From Felis catus (taxonomy: Eukaryota), in NCBI RefSeq assembly GCF_018350175.1, contig NC_058368.1:58344001-58408000 (forward strand): a stretch of DNA of 64,000 nucleotides, read 5' to 3'. The position numbers and the translations under genes were made by a program. Positions 37,985 through 51,310 of this stretch are shown in pieces (the stretch's first letter is position 1; each line of letters opens with the position of its first letter). A model generated the notes under the pieces. That model was not told the origin of the DNA and made no database searches. It saw only the letters and a program-made list of their open reading frames with translations.

Positions 37985-38395
37985 TCATGCTTCAGCCACG
38001 CTGGACATCTCTTGTCTCCTCAACATTGTCCAGCTGCTTCCACATTTTTGGTTTTTGCAATGGCTATTCCTTGTGCTTGGAATGCTGTCTCTGAAAGTTA
38101 GATGAGTAGATCCTCATTAGCATTTATGTTTCAGGTTTAAAAATTATGCTCTGGCCTCTCCATGTAAGCATCCATCCATCCATCCACCCTGTCTGCCTAT
38201 ATGCAATCATTGCACTTATCACTCAGCATAGGACTAATCAGTCTTTTATATTTACGTAACTTCCCTTATTTTCTTTCTCCCTTACTGAAAGGCTGCATAT
38301 GAGCAGTAGCTTCACTCTCTTGTGTTCTCTACTATATCCCAAGCCTAAAGCAATATCTAGCATAACATATTCTCTCAGTGAATATTTTGCAAACG
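37985..38395 (+). mobile_element. L2 3' fragment
   Basis: CAGCCACGCTGG...GCTATTCCTTGTGCTTGGAATGCT...CTATATCCCAAGCCTAAAGCAATATCTAGCATA...TCAGTGAATATTTTG. Confidence 0.7.
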
Positions 38396-38923
38396 ATACA
38401 TAGAGGTATGTTCTTCCAAGTTGTAAACAGACATACGAGTAGGGAAAGGCTAATGTCTTACTAACAGATCAATTTGGAGGTTGCAAAAATTGATGCAGAT
38501 TTAGCGATCTGGCTAACTTCCAGATGATGAGCAACACGTTTCAGATCTGAGGAGAATGAGGAATCCTGTGAAGATACACAGGCCTCACCAAGTGCCATGT
38601 GGAAAAGTCTGGAGAGATGCTACGTCAACATCAAGAGCCGGAGGGGAAGCAGAGAAGAAACACAGGACCAGTGCATAGTCTTCCCTTCTCCCACAGATAT
38701 GTGGTTATTAGTGAAGTCCATGACATCTCTCCCCTCGTGCACTGATATGCAGGATTATTATGCTCTAGTTGTTCAAAAATGAGACCTAGAGAAGCTTAAG
38801 GAGAGGCTAATGGACAACTTCTGAACTGTACTGGGACTGATTTATTTCTCCAGAAGAAATAATTTTAAAATCATTTTGAAAATGCTTATATTGTTTCAAT
38901 TTACATTTTAAAAATCAGGTTAT

Positions 38924-39136
38924 GGGACACCTGGGTGGCTCCGTCAGTTGAGCAGCTGACTTCATCTCAGATCACTGTCTCACTATTGTGGGTTCAAGCC
39001 TCACGTCAGCTTTGGGCTGATAGCACAGAGCCTGCTTTGGATTCTCTGTCTCCCTCTCTCTCTCTCTGCCCCTTCCCCACTCCTTCTCTCTCTCTCTCTC
39101 AAAAATAAATAAACATTAACAAAAATTTAAAAAAAA
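38924..39136 (+). mobile_element. Carnivore SINE
   Basis: GGGACACCTGGGTGGCTC head, CT tract, TSD TCAGGTTA. Confidence 0.94.
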
Positions 39137-40295
39137 TTCAGGTTACTATCACCAAGTGGGAAGACTGGGAGAAAAAAATAAGACCTGGGAATTAATGTGA
39201 ATTGCTGTAAGTCAGTTCTTTTTAAATAAACTTGAAGTTTCTGGATTCTTGTAAATGTTATTTACCATATTGTGAATCAGTTTTCCCCACTCTAAATTCA
39301 TATTGGTTTTCTAGGTCAGAAAGTTAGACAGCCTTCCACATCTTTACTATTTTCCAGTGGATGTAATTTATACCAAGATTAGACCTTTCCTGAGGAATTA
39401 GGACTAAGTGGACTAGTAAATTGAATAACTCATACCTTATTAGTCATTGCCAGATATTTTTTTCTAGATGCTGTTGAATAGTGTTTTCAAGAAATCCATA
39501 ATTTAATTAGAAATATTGGCAAATTTTAAGATCTAATTTTATATAATTCATTCATTCATTATTTATAGGTGCATATTCATTTCATTTAAGTAAGACATTT
39601 TTATTCTTTTCACCTCTTGTATGAGGAAAAAAAAAAAACTTCCAAGATTCTCTAACTACAGATCTTAACTCTATTTATGGGGGGTTGGGTGGGGGGGAGT
39701 AGTGTTATTTTTTGCAACAGATGTTTTGTTTTAATGCTAGGCTGCAAGTCTATCTTTAGTCTGACATAATGGTGCAGGAAACAATTATCTGAAAATTGTT
39801 AAGACTACAAGGAAACAAGGCAGGTTGGCTTTAGTCAAATGTTCAACCAGGATCGAATGAGTTGAGGACAATGATGTCTCTGGATTTAGTAGAATCATTT
39901 ACTTGATTTGCCATAGCCTCTTTTCAGTGTCTAAACAATCCTTGATTTTTTTCCTCTCGGCCTTTGCTTATCAAAACCATCCTCCTCATCCCGCCTTTGT
40001 CTCCAGTCATCCTCTTCAACTTGATGGCATCTCATTCTGGACTTCAAAAGGTCTAAGAGTGTTCTGTTTGAGGTATAGAAAGGTAACTTAGACTAGGAAA
40101 ACTACTAACAGGTCTGGTTTGAATTTTGGCAAGGTTTAACTTTGACCTCACTGTAAGTTATTTACCTATATTTTAGAGAATATAATGAACCATAATGATA
40201 GGATGTTTCACCTGAATACATTTTAAAATTAAAAACATCCAGTAAAACTCACAAAGTATCACATTACATTTTATAAAACATTTGTATATATTTGA

Positions 40296-40298
<3 letters not shown>

Positions 40299-40368
<70 letters not shown>
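40299..40368. repeat. (TA)n(CA)n compound microsatellite
   Basis: Direct reading. Confidence 0.97.
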
Positions 40369-40372
<4 letters not shown>

Positions 40373-40434
40373 AATATATATATAATCTCCCAGAAAACCC
40401 CTGGAGTCTAATATTTGATTAAAAGTTTGTATAT

Positions 40435-40660
40435 GGGATGCTGGGGTCACTCAGTCAGTTGAGTATCCAACTCTTGATTTTGGCTCAGGTCATGATCACA
40501 GGGTTGTGGGATTGAGGTCCCACTCAGCATGGAGACTGTTTAGGATTTTCTTTTCTCCAGCTGCCCCTGTCTCCCTGCTCATTCTCTCTCTTTCACTCTC
40601 ATAAAAAAAACAAAAAAGAAAGAAAAAAGAAAGGAAGAAAAGAAAAGAAAGAAAGAAAAA
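40435..40660 (+). mobile_element. Old carnivore SINE with (GAAA)-expanded tail
   Basis: CTCAGTCAGTTGAGTATCCAACTCTTGATTTTGGCTCAGGTCATGATC; TSD TTGTATA. Confidence 0.88.
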
Positions 40661-41592
40661 TTGTATATACCCAGTCTGTACTGTATGATCTTAATGCCAA
40701 TAGTCTGGCAGAGTCGGGTCTGGGTCTGGAAAGCAAACTTAGCCAAAACAATTACTGAAGTAGATTTCCATAAACAAATAGTTTAGAGGCATGGATATAA
40801 GGCTGTGTTTGAGTCACTTTTGTTATCCTAAATACAAATGTTCTAAGCAAATGTTTTTTGTACTGATATTTCTTGCTTCTATCCCTTATCAGTTATAGGG
40901 CTTAATAAAAAATATATAGTTATTTTGTATTTATTTATCCTAGAAAATACTGTTTTATTTCCATTTATATTGCTATCTGCTTTGTTCATTTGTCTTAGTA
41001 ACAGTGATATTTTCCAAAATGAACACATTTGCAGAAGGCTTTTGGATGTTTTCCAACTATACTCTCAATATTGAGTAACATCCAATTTGAAGGATTTTAA
41101 TAAGAAGGATTTTACTAGTGTTGGTGATGTTTATAGCTTTTTAACAAATTATAGTAATAATAATTTTTAGTGATGTAACAATGAATCCTTTTCATTGGTT
41201 TAGATATTAGCACACAGCTAGGTATAAATAAATCTAGATGTTTTGGATGGAGGAAATCCATATAAAATCCTGAATTAAGGAAAGCGTTCTCCATCAGGAG
41301 ATATGTATTATAACTGACAGTACAATGTGGATTATAAAACATGTATACAAAAATCATATGACTAACTTTAGCCATTCATGCTATTATCTGAGGGTCTGCC
41401 TTCTCTAATCACAGATTTCCAGTCTTGTAAATTCCATGTCCACATTAGTCATTTTATAAAACATTAGTATTTGCAAAAACCCAAAGAATCAAATTTACAT
41501 GCCAAGATTTTTTAACCTATTAAATGTTGAACATATATTAAATGTATACTGACCATGTTTTTAAATAAAAGAAGATCCAAAATGAAATATTT

Positions 41593-41720
41593 AGGAGGGC
41601 ACTTGTTGTGATGAGCAGTGGGTGTTGTATGTAAGTGATGAATCACAAAATTGTACTACTGAAATTAATATTATAGTACATGTTAACTAACTGGAATTTA
41701 AATAAAAATTTTTTAAAAAG
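41593..41720 (+). mobile_element. Carnivore L1 3' terminus
   Basis: AGGAGGGCACTTGTTGTGATGAGCAGTGGGTGTTGTATGTAAGTGATGAATCAC...GTTAACTAACTGGAATTTAAATAAAAA. Confidence 0.9.
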
Positions 41721-42534
41721 TAAATTCTAAGATATATGCCAAATGATATATAAACTGTAGGAAATTTTTAACTGTCATTCCTATAAAGCTGATACTAGAA
41801 CATGCAGTATGTTGATCTTGACAGTTTATCCCATGTTAATTATGTGTTTGTGTCTGTGTTTTCTGTCACATTGCAGGTGTAAACTGAAAGAAACCCAAAG
41901 GTTGATGGTGTTACCGAGAAAGGAGGCATGGATTACATAAAGGTAAGGCTGGGGGAAAAAATATAAGAAATAATATTTGTAACCATGGAAATGGGCATAT
42001 TTGCCAAAGTAGAGTGCAAAATCAGTTGAGAAATATCCAAGGAGATGCCCTTTGAAGCACTGAGCATGGTGGGGACAGCAGGTGTTGTGGAAGAGGACAA
42101 AAAGACAGAAAGACAGATGCAAGAAGTAAACATTTATGATTTTGGTCATGGAAGCCAAAGGAAGCAGTTTGAACATGCTGAGAAAATGGAAAGGAATTAA
42201 ATTGTTTCACATATATGAGTACTTGAGTTGATATTTAAATTTTCCTTTAATTGCGTTTTCTTTTTCCAAAGATAAATATAATCTGCAGCAGAAAAAATAC
42301 TCTGGTAACTTTAAAAGTTCAGACAGGAAATGTGTGTGTGTATACCTTCAAAAATGATACTTTTACAATGTTAATTTAATTCAAATTGTTTTCCTTTTTT
42401 AACTTTCTGATTTATATCATTGTTTTTTCTAAGCAGAACTCAGAGTACATTCAAATTGGAATAATAAAGCCTTTTTCTTTGAGTTAACCTCTCCTATTCT
42501 CTATCTCAAACCAGGATTGAGTTTTACCCATTAC

Positions 42535-42596
42535 AGAGAAAGACAGAGAGAGGGGAGAGAGGGGGAGAGAGAGAGAGAAAGGGGGGGGGGGAGAGA

Positions 42597-42682
<86 letters not shown>

Positions 42683-42690
42683 AAAAGAAA
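42535..42690. repeat. (GA)n/G-run/(GAAA)n microsatellite
   Basis: Direct reading; about 20 GAAA units. Confidence 0.97.
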
Positions 42691-42781
42691 ACTGTCCCAG
42701 AAAGAATACAGTCTAAGGTAATCACACAAAGAGTGTGGGTAGTACCTTTTAATTCAAACTTCAATTAAAAATTCATATACC

Positions 42782-42993
42782 GGGCACCTGGGTAACTCAG
42801 TCAGTTAGGCGTCTGACTTAGGCTCAAGTCATGATCTTGCAGTTTGTGCTTTCAGACCCCAAGTCAGGCTCTGTGCTGACAGCTCAGAGCCTGGAGCCTG
42901 CCTCTGATAATGGGTCTCCCCGCTCTACCCTCCCCGGCTCATGCTCTGTCTCTCTCTGTCTCTCAATAATAAATAAATGTTAAAAAAATTTAA
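42782..42993 (+). mobile_element. Carnivore SINE
   Basis: SINE head and tail; TSD AATTCATATACC. Confidence 0.94.
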
Positions 42994-43771
42994 AGAATTC
43001 ATATACCAACTATGAGATATCACCTAAAAATAATGTGGGGATATTTAACATTGAATATTCTAGACTGTTTGGTGTTATGTGAACCTCACAGAATATAGTA
43101 TTTGACCTGGTGCTCCTGTTCTCTTGGACTCAATGACTCAAAGACCTGTTATTTACATTTCACTCTTCCTATAACAGAACCTTGGTAGATTCTCAGAATA
43201 TCATTATAATTTCTAGACCTTCACTATATAATGAGGGCTTAGGATAAAGATATTTTACTTTACAGTCTCTCTATATTTATACACTTTTCTTAATGTATTG
43301 GCATTTTTGTTTTAATTCTTGAACATATTTCACCACATATTGATTTTAAGCATCATCTTTCTCTGCTGTGATTGTGGTGGAGGAGGCAATGAAAGTAAGT
43401 TCAAAGTCAACAGTTCTCAGGAAGAAAATGTCTTTGAATATAGATAGGATATACAGCACTTATCTATAGTATTTTCAAAGAAAAGCTTTATATAACTTAA
43501 AGCCACAAACATTTAATTTTATACTGTGGTACATAATTTTACAAGACCTTCCCATGATTATATGTAAAATAATTCCAAAATATTAACAAAGAAAGCAATA
43601 AAAGGAAAACCTTTCTTGGACAAGAATGTAGCTAATTGGTAAACAAAAACAAAAACAAAAAAAAACACGTAAACTTTATGTAATGGTAACCTATCCAATA
43701 TATGCAGCAACAAAAATATTTCAATGTCTAATTAACCAATATTTCAAAATTTTATTAAAAATACTTTTTAA

Positions 43772-44013
43772 GGGCACCTGGATGGCTCAGTCGGTGAAAC
43801 GTTGGAATCTTGATTTGGGCTCACGTCATGATCTCACAGTTCGTGGTTTGAGCCCTGGGTTGGGCTCTGTACTATCACCTTGGAGCCTAGAGCCTGTTTC
43901 TGATTCTGATTCTGTGTCTCCCTCTCTCTGTCCTTCCCCACTTGCACTCTGTCTCTCTCTGTCTCTGTGTCTCTCTCTTTAAAAACATTTAAAAAAATTA
44001 AAATAAAGAAAAA
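43772..44013 (+). mobile_element. Carnivore SINE
   Basis: SINE head and tail; TSD AATACTTTTT. Confidence 0.93.
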
Positions 44014-44717
44014 GAATACTTTTTTAAAATCTTAAATCAGAATGTCACAAAAAAATCTAAACCTTGTACACACAATGAAAAGTAATTAATTAACTAATTA
44101 TTAATTAATTTTTAAAAAGCCAGAAGAATCTAACACAGGCATCACAACTCTTTTCTTTACAGATACATATCAGCATTGAAGCACAGGGCTTGGCAATAAT
44201 GACATTTGTTGTTGCTGTTGTGGCCATTATTGCCTCTGTCATTGTTTTCATTGCTTATTAAAAAAATAATTTTGTCATGGAAACCTGTTCTAACCTTTAG
44301 GAAATAAGTAAAGGACAGATACTGTCCATGTGTCCATAGGAGGAAGTTTCGCTAACCTAGATTAACTTGACTTTATCAGTATTGCTACTACAGATAAAAT
44401 GTTCTATTCATCACCATTAATCTAATCTTCAAATAGTCTTTCGGCTTTTATTCCTTTGTTTCCTCTATCCTCATAAGTTTATGTAAACCACTAGGTTTCA
44501 TTACATAAAAATTGGAAATACACAGATATTGTTTGACAGCAGATATGTCAGAAGAGTGTTGATATGAATACAGATTCTTTTTTCCCCTCCCCTTTTAAAC
44601 AATCTATTTATGATTCTTCTTGATTTCTTAGCCTTCTGTGACTCCAGTAAACAGTTGGCCTTCAAACTTCAGATGCTATCTATAAACTCTTACTGTTAAC
44701 ATTTATTTTGTGTATTT

Positions 44718-44763
44718 ATATACAAACATATATATATATATACATACACATACATATATACAA

Positions 44764-44816
<53 letters not shown>
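44718..44816. repeat. (TA/CA)n and (TCTA)n microsatellites
   Basis: Direct reading. Confidence 0.95.
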
Positions 44817-44928
44817 AATCTGCCCATAGTGAACATTTTGTAATAATAAACACACACTAATTTAAAATGCTTCTGTTTGGAATTTATTATATTTGGCCAT
44901 AAGTAATATTTCAACATAGCTACTAATT

Positions 44929-45060
44929 CTCTCTCCCTCTCTGCCTGCCTCCCTGCCTTTTCCTTCCTCCCTCCCTCCCTCCCTTCTTTCCTTCCTTCCT
45001 TCCTTCCTTCCTTCCTTCCTTCCTTCCTTCCTTCCTCCTTCCCTTCCTTTCTTCCTTTCT
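44929..45060. repeat. (CCTT)n/(CCCT)n pyrimidine microsatellite
   Basis: Direct reading. Confidence 0.95.
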
Positions 45061-46429
45061 ATGTGAAATTAAATATATTTTAAAACATGATAGAATTCTG
45101 TTTTGCTTTTACTCTGGAAACATCTCCGATCTCTCCTCTGTTTTACATTAAAGGGATATATAAAGGAGAACAGGAAGGAATTATTTGATGACTCAACCTA
45201 CTTTCCATATCTGAAAATCAGGGCTATAGGGGTTTAAATGGAATCCATTGTCTGCCATCCCTCCAATTAAAACACTTATAAATACCCTAATCTGAAATGG
45301 GTAAAATTTGCACACAAGTTTATTTAGTTTATTACGAAAGGAAAGTTTGTATGTCCTTCCCAGGAATATTTTAGAAAGCAATGAATATCAGAACAAGAAA
45401 GAAAACACTTGTGTGCTAAGAAATTCATATTTTATAAAATACTTTCACTTCTCTCCAATCTTATAGTAAGCATGGAATTTATGTCCTGAGATATTTTATG
45501 ACTAAAGTAAACTTTGAAAGCCACATCATTCTGTAAACATCTGAAAATATTTGCATTGGTAGCAATAAATTTGTATTTGTGCCATATGAAAATGAATTCT
45601 CACGCAAAGCAATCATTTTTTTAATTTATTTTTTGTAGCATGTTACTATAAATGGAAGTATTTATTTTAGTTAGTCTTTACTTTTACATGCTGCCCTGAA
45701 AAGTATTTTATATAAATATCACTTAATTGAGAGGTTTCCTTTGAGCTTCTAAAGGAAAAATATTTTATATTATTTGCTGTCTAAAAAACAGAGTTCTTCA
45801 AGCACCTTTAATGGATATTTCTCATTTTTGCTGCTGATAGACCCAGGTTTATGAGCCTTTGTAGAAATTTGTAGAAAAGATTAAGTGTTCTGTTTTTTTG
45901 AACTATAAATCAAGGTAATTTGGCTCATTCTTATATATACAGCCATAATGCAACTTTCTTTAAATAATCTTTACAGGTATAAAATAAACTTTCCTCCTAC
46001 TTCACAAACATGACCAGTTCCCAACCACTCTTACTTTTATTAACAGCCAACTTAAAAACTCAGATCTACTTTGTAGGCCTCCATAACCTAGATATGGCCT
46101 ATGTATGTCTCTCATCTGCCAAAACAATTTAAACAATCCTCTTGATAATCATGTTTCTAGATCATGGAACACTGTTTTTACCTAATACATCAGTAAATTT
46201 TGAAAACGTTTTGTCCTTTATTTGGGATAGTAATTTCCCCAATGTTTGTGTGAAATATTAGAATTTACCATTCAAATTTGCTTTTGGACTTCATGTCTTC
46301 TGTTCTTTCAATGTATTTGGACAGACATTATTGTTTTATTTTGTGCCACTTTTCTATGTTCTTACCAAGGAATCCACCACATTGATTTATAACCATGAGG
46401 GTCAATACTTTTTTTTTTTTTTTTTTTCA

Positions 46430-46660
46430 GTGTGCCTGGGTGGCTCAGTCAGTTAAGTGGCAGCTTAGGTCATGATCTCATGGCTCATGAGTTTGAGCTC
46501 TGAGTCAGGCTCTGTACTGACAGTTTAGAACCTGGAGCCTGCTTTGGATTCTGTGTCTCCCTCTCTGTCTGCCCCCTCCCCCCACTCATGTTCTGTCTCT
46601 CCCTCTCTCTCAAAAATAAATAAACATTAAAAAAAAACTTTTTTAAATAAATAAATAAAT
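46430..46660 (+). mobile_element. Carnivore SINE
   Basis: GTGCCTGGGTGGCTCAGTCAGTTAAG head, CT tract, A-tail; flanked by AATACTTTTTTTT. Confidence 0.93.
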
Positions 46661-46671
46661 ACTTTTTTTTG

Positions 46672-46832
46672 CGGCTCAGGTCATGATCTCATGTTTTGAG
46701 AGTTCAGTGAGTTGAAACCTTGAGTTGGGTTCTGTGCTGAAAGCTCAGAGCCTGGGGCTTGCTTGGGATCCTGTGTCTCCCTTTCTCCCTGCCCCCCTCA
46801 AAAATAAATAAAAATATTAAAAATATATTAAA
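46672..46832 (+). mobile_element. 5'-truncated carnivore SINE
   Basis: Starts GGCTCAGGTCATGATCTC; ends AAAATAAATAAAATATT; followed by a third AATACTTTTTT. Confidence 0.88.
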
Positions 46833-46868
46833 TACTTTTTTTATTTACATAATATGTTTTTCCTTGCA

Positions 46869-47091
46869 TTTTTTTTAATCTTTTTTTTCAACGTTTATTT
46901 ATTTTTGGGACAGAGAGAGACAGAGCATGAACGGGGGAGGGGCAGAGAGAGAGGGAGACACAGAATCGGAAACAGGCTCCAGGCTCTGAGCCATCAGCCC
47001 AGAGCCCGACGCGGGGCTCGAACTCACGGACCGCGAGATCGTGACCTGGCTGAAGTCGGACGCTTAACTGACTGCGCCACCCAGGCGCCCC
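46869..47091 (-). mobile_element. Young felid SINE (SINEC_Fc-like)
   Basis: CpG-intact body; TSD TTTCCTTGCA at 46859-46868 and 47092-47101. Confidence 0.97.
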
Positions 47092-47341
47092 TTTCCTTGC
47101 ACTTTTTGATAACATGAATATATTTTCTCTAAGTTCCTATTTTCTAGAAAAAAGTCACCTAAACCCTGGGCATTTAATATATGAATGTGGAAATGTACTG
47201 ACTGTTGAAATGTAGAAAATTCTGCCATGAAACAAGAGGTATATAAAAGTAAATAATGCTTTAGATCATCCATTGATTCCTCTTAAACTAGCAATCACCA
47301 GAAAATGTTCACACATTTTGGTACCAATAAAGAAAGCTTCT

Positions 47342-47570
47342 GGAGCACCTGGGTGGCTCAGTCAGTTGGGCAGCCAACTTCAGCTCAAGTCATGATCTCA
47401 CAGTTTGTGAGTTTGACCCCACGTCGAGTTCTGTGCTGACAGCTCAGAGCCTGGACCCTGATTCAGATTCTGTATCTCCCTCTCTCTCTGACCCTTCTCC
47501 GCTCACATTCTGTGTCTCTCTCTATCTCAAAAATAAATAGACATTAAAAAAAGGTTTTTTAAATAAAAAA
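47342..47570 (+). mobile_element. Carnivore SINE
   Basis: SINE head and tail; TSD AAAGAAAGCTTCT. Confidence 0.95.
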
Positions 47571-49734
47571 AGAAAGCTTCTTCCATATACTTTCACATAA
47601 TATAATTCTCATGTTCTTTTATTTGTGAGAGTTGCTTACTCATTTTTCCAGTGCAGATGACAGATTTCTTCTTTTTGCTTCCCCTGTCAGTTATCTTTGC
47701 AGCAAAATAAGTTGATCTCCCTTGAATTGGTTCTTATTAAATTAGCTTTACTATAAAAGCTAGGGATTTCCACATAACTTAAAAATTCCCTCAAATGTCC
47801 AACAAAAGCCGGGTGTAAAGATTCTAACCCCTGCTGGCTAGCTAAATATAGAGAGAGGAAAGCATGGCTATTCTTTGTCTTCAAAAGTGGTAGCTGTTTA
47901 TCTTTTCCATTTCTTATCTTGTAGATAACCTTATAATTCAAGACAATAAGAATAATTTTCAGTATTCTTGCTGCTTCTACACACCCATAGGTGAAACTAT
48001 TTCTGCAGCAGAGTTCTGTGAGAAAATTACATTTGCTGCAGTCGGGAGACAACTGTTTCCAAGTTTGCAAGCCTCAAGGTGAATGATTTCAAGTAAGGCC
48101 AGTAGATTCATGTTTCTTTGAGGGTTTTTGAAAAACCTGTTCCCAATACAGTGTCTTTTTTCTCCTGACTGCTATTCTATTTGAAAGGAAATAGATAAAA
48201 TCATGCTCAATCTGTACATAAAAACAATTTAAAAATATGAAAACAGAATTTTTTATCTTTTTTGTTTGACTGTTTTCAACATATCCCTACCAATGTGGAA
48301 TGTTTCATTATGACTTTAGAACAGGAAAGGACAATTGCATAGAATGTAACTCTGTGGTAACATTACTATGCTTCTCCTTACTCATCAACCTTCTTCATTA
48401 TATCCAAGTCATCAGCCACCTTCAGTGTTTAAAAGAAAACTGGATAATGAATTATCCCTTTTCCTCCTCTCAAAATAATGAAATTCTTGAATTAAATCAT
48501 TCATTTATCATAAGCCTTGGATAAATTCGGTGAAGAGGAAAATCATTTCTACAGTTTATATTGATGTAGTAGTAATTGCACTATTTTAAAATAGGATGCT
48601 ATTACCTCTTGAAATCTATTCCATCATACAAGACCATATTTCTGATGTCTGGCTACTTCTGTTACCCTGTTATAAGAGCACTACTTATATATATAATATG
48701 TCAATGAAGAAATTTGAGTTTCCTATTTTGCTGATCAGGTAATATAATCAGGCTAGTTTTTTGTTTTTGTTTTTGTTTTTACTTTAATTCATTTTGCTTT
48801 ACCAAACATGATAGTACCAAGATGTACCTCGGTACTTAAGAGATGTCTATTTAAGTTCATTTAATAAAAGAGATTTTGGGGGTTGTGTTTGGATTATGTG
48901 GTTTTTTTTTTTCAGTTTTAACAGTAAATATATGGCAATGTTAATCACTAATTTTACAACTTTAAAAATCAAAGGAATATATTTCTGTGTCATAAGGGAA
49001 AGGTATAAATATCAACACTTGGATGGTAAATATTTAATGTATTTTCCATTTAGTATTTCAACTTTTATAAAAGAAGAAAACAGAGAGGGATATCTGAGTT
49101 TAAATTTTATAAAAAATAATGAAAATAATTTAAGTTGAGAGTCTACTTTAATACATAAGTCAAAATATCACACACATTAAGTCTTACCTTTTGACATAGA
49201 AGCAGAAGTGACCCTTTTAAAAAAAGTTGACTTCGTTCCTCCTCTGATAACAATTTATCAATGGTTACAATTCGTGTTTTGAATACAATGTAAATTACTT
49301 TCTATGGCTTATAAGATTCTGCATAATCCACAGTCTGGCCACTGATAGTCTGACCAAATTTTAGTCAGGCTCCTCTGAGTCATCTTCTCTGTTAGGGAAA
49401 TTCCTTGCCCACTCCTCCACCCCTATCCTGTCTTCCAACCTATACTAGGTTGCTATTTATTTAATTAACCGGTACCTGCAGTGTATTTGTTGATGAGTTG
49501 TTCTGAATTAATTATCTAACATTAATTAAACTCAAGTGTTGAATTTAAACTTTTCACTCGGATAAGCAAATTTCAAAAGAAATAATGAATGGAAATCTAT
49601 AGGAATGGAAAACCAAAGTGTATGCTTGAGACTTCTGGAATTTTCTGAATTCCAGAACCAATAAACAGAACTCAAAACCAATAAACAGAACTCAAAAAGT
49701 TCACATTCATTTTTTATTTTCAAATATATAAATT

Positions 49735-49940
49735 GGGGGTGACTTGGTAGCGCAGTTGGTTAAGTGTCCAACTTTTGATTTTGGTTCAGGCCATGATCTC
49801 ATGGTTCATGAGTTTAAGTCTTGCATCGGGCTCAGTGCTGACGGCGTAAAGCCTGCTTGGGATTCTCTCTCTTTCCTTTTCTGTATCTGCCCCTCCACTG
49901 CTCACACTCTCCCTCTCTCTCAAAAACTAAAATGAACTTA
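49735..49940 (+). mobile_element. Carnivore SINE (old)
   Basis: GGTAGCGCAGTTGGTTAAGTGTCCAACTTTTGATTTTGGTTCAGGCCATGATCTC. Confidence 0.92.
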
Positions 49941-51149
49941 TATATATATACGTAATAAATTCTACTATAAAATTTTAAGAATATTTACAGGCAAGTGGAA
50001 TAGAATCTGGATTAAATTTTCACTAAAAAACAAACATTTAAAAGAAAAAAAATAAATTAAGTATATAATTCTGTAAAAAGAGTTATAAACTTGAACTTTG
50101 TAAATAACTTCCTCAATTCTCTACTTCACTGGGAATGTATAAACAAAATCATAGAGATAAGAAAGTAGATAGACAAAGTCATTCTGTGATATATATGCAT
50201 TCATAGATTTGAGAGATTTTCTTTTAACAAATATGAAACATTTGTTATTCAATTTCACATGCTAGCAAAATATAACTTCCTGGTTTTAATAAAATGGCTT
50301 ATAAAGACATTCAGAAATTTCGTGGACATCAAATACCTCCTAAAACATAGTACTTTTATGAGCTGAGTGTAAATGAATCAAAACCATATGGCAATCATTT
50401 CCTTTAAATGAAATGCACATGGTGAAAGTACAAAAGAAAAACCTGGGCAGAACTCATGTAAAAGTAGCCTGTGGATTTCTAAAGTTGATGTTGTGTTTTC
50501 CTTACTGAGAAAATATGGACCAACATGAAGGGCCTCTGCTAGCTTGAGACTGGCATAGCAATGGATGTATGTCTTCAGTATTTCCATTTCATCAAGGCAC
50601 TTTTCTTTATAGATTGTGTCTCTATAAAACAAGTGTTTCTAGCCATTTTCTTTTTCTGTAGTGTAGCTATAATCAGGACATGAAAAGAAGTGCATAGAAT
50701 GAGCATCATCTGGAGTGAGACAGACATTTAGAGTAGGAAATGCCTTCAGTGTTACAGCTTACAATATTTGGGAGAAAATGCTATTATAAAATTCTTCCGG
50801 TGGTAAAAATTTTTACATTTTGTGAGACGGATGTCTCTACACATACCTCCTCATTTACTCCTTCCTAAAATGCATGTTTTGAAAGTGCTACTGTAAATCA
50901 AAATATGCATTAAGTTCTTGATACTCTTCACATGAAGTTTCTTCCCAAACACAGGTTAGTCTCTGATACATGGTTATGTGTTCAATTTCACATATGATTC
51001 ATAGAACAGAAATTATTAGTGATTAATAGTTTATAACTTTTCACTGACATCTTTTCTTGAAAGAAGATTTTAAATGAACTGTTCTTTTAAGCCTGCCTAA
51101 ATGTTATTGCTTTGCCAAATACAGTATTTTACCTTGAGAGGGTGGAAAA

Positions 51150-51310
51150 CAGGACTGGCTACCTAGAGAAGGTCTGTGCAAAGTGAAAGAGTAAGTCTTG
51201 TTAAAGTTATTAAGGTTTTAAGGTGGTGACAACAAAGTAGAAGTCAAGTGTGGCATCCCTCTAAAACATGGGGTCGTGTGACACATTACATACCTATGGT
51301 GTAAGCCCTG
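51150..51310 (-). mobile_element. MER45A-like hAT MITE
   Basis: CAGGACTGGCTAC...GTGCAAAGTGAAA...GTTATTAAGGTTTTAAGGTGGTGACAACA...GCCCTG with terminal CAGG/CCTG. Confidence 0.75.

Noticed and set aside
38521..38552. TGATGA ... CTGA box C/D-like pair
   Set aside because: Only ~27 nt span, too short for a C/D snoRNA, and no terminal stem.
42484..42768. ORFs with (KERK)n or (FFLS)n repeats, also at 33858 and 37473
   Set aside because: Microsatellite translations.
47687..48070. Longest ORF in the track (127 aa); similarly 12822-13172 and 41826-42176
   Set aside because: No recognisable domain, composition typical of AT-rich non-coding frames, and lengths plausible by chance.
49655..49697. 20-bp tandem duplication AACCAATAAACAGAACTCAA; similar small ones near 13193 and 61464
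   Set aside because: Ordinary slippage duplications with no sign of function.
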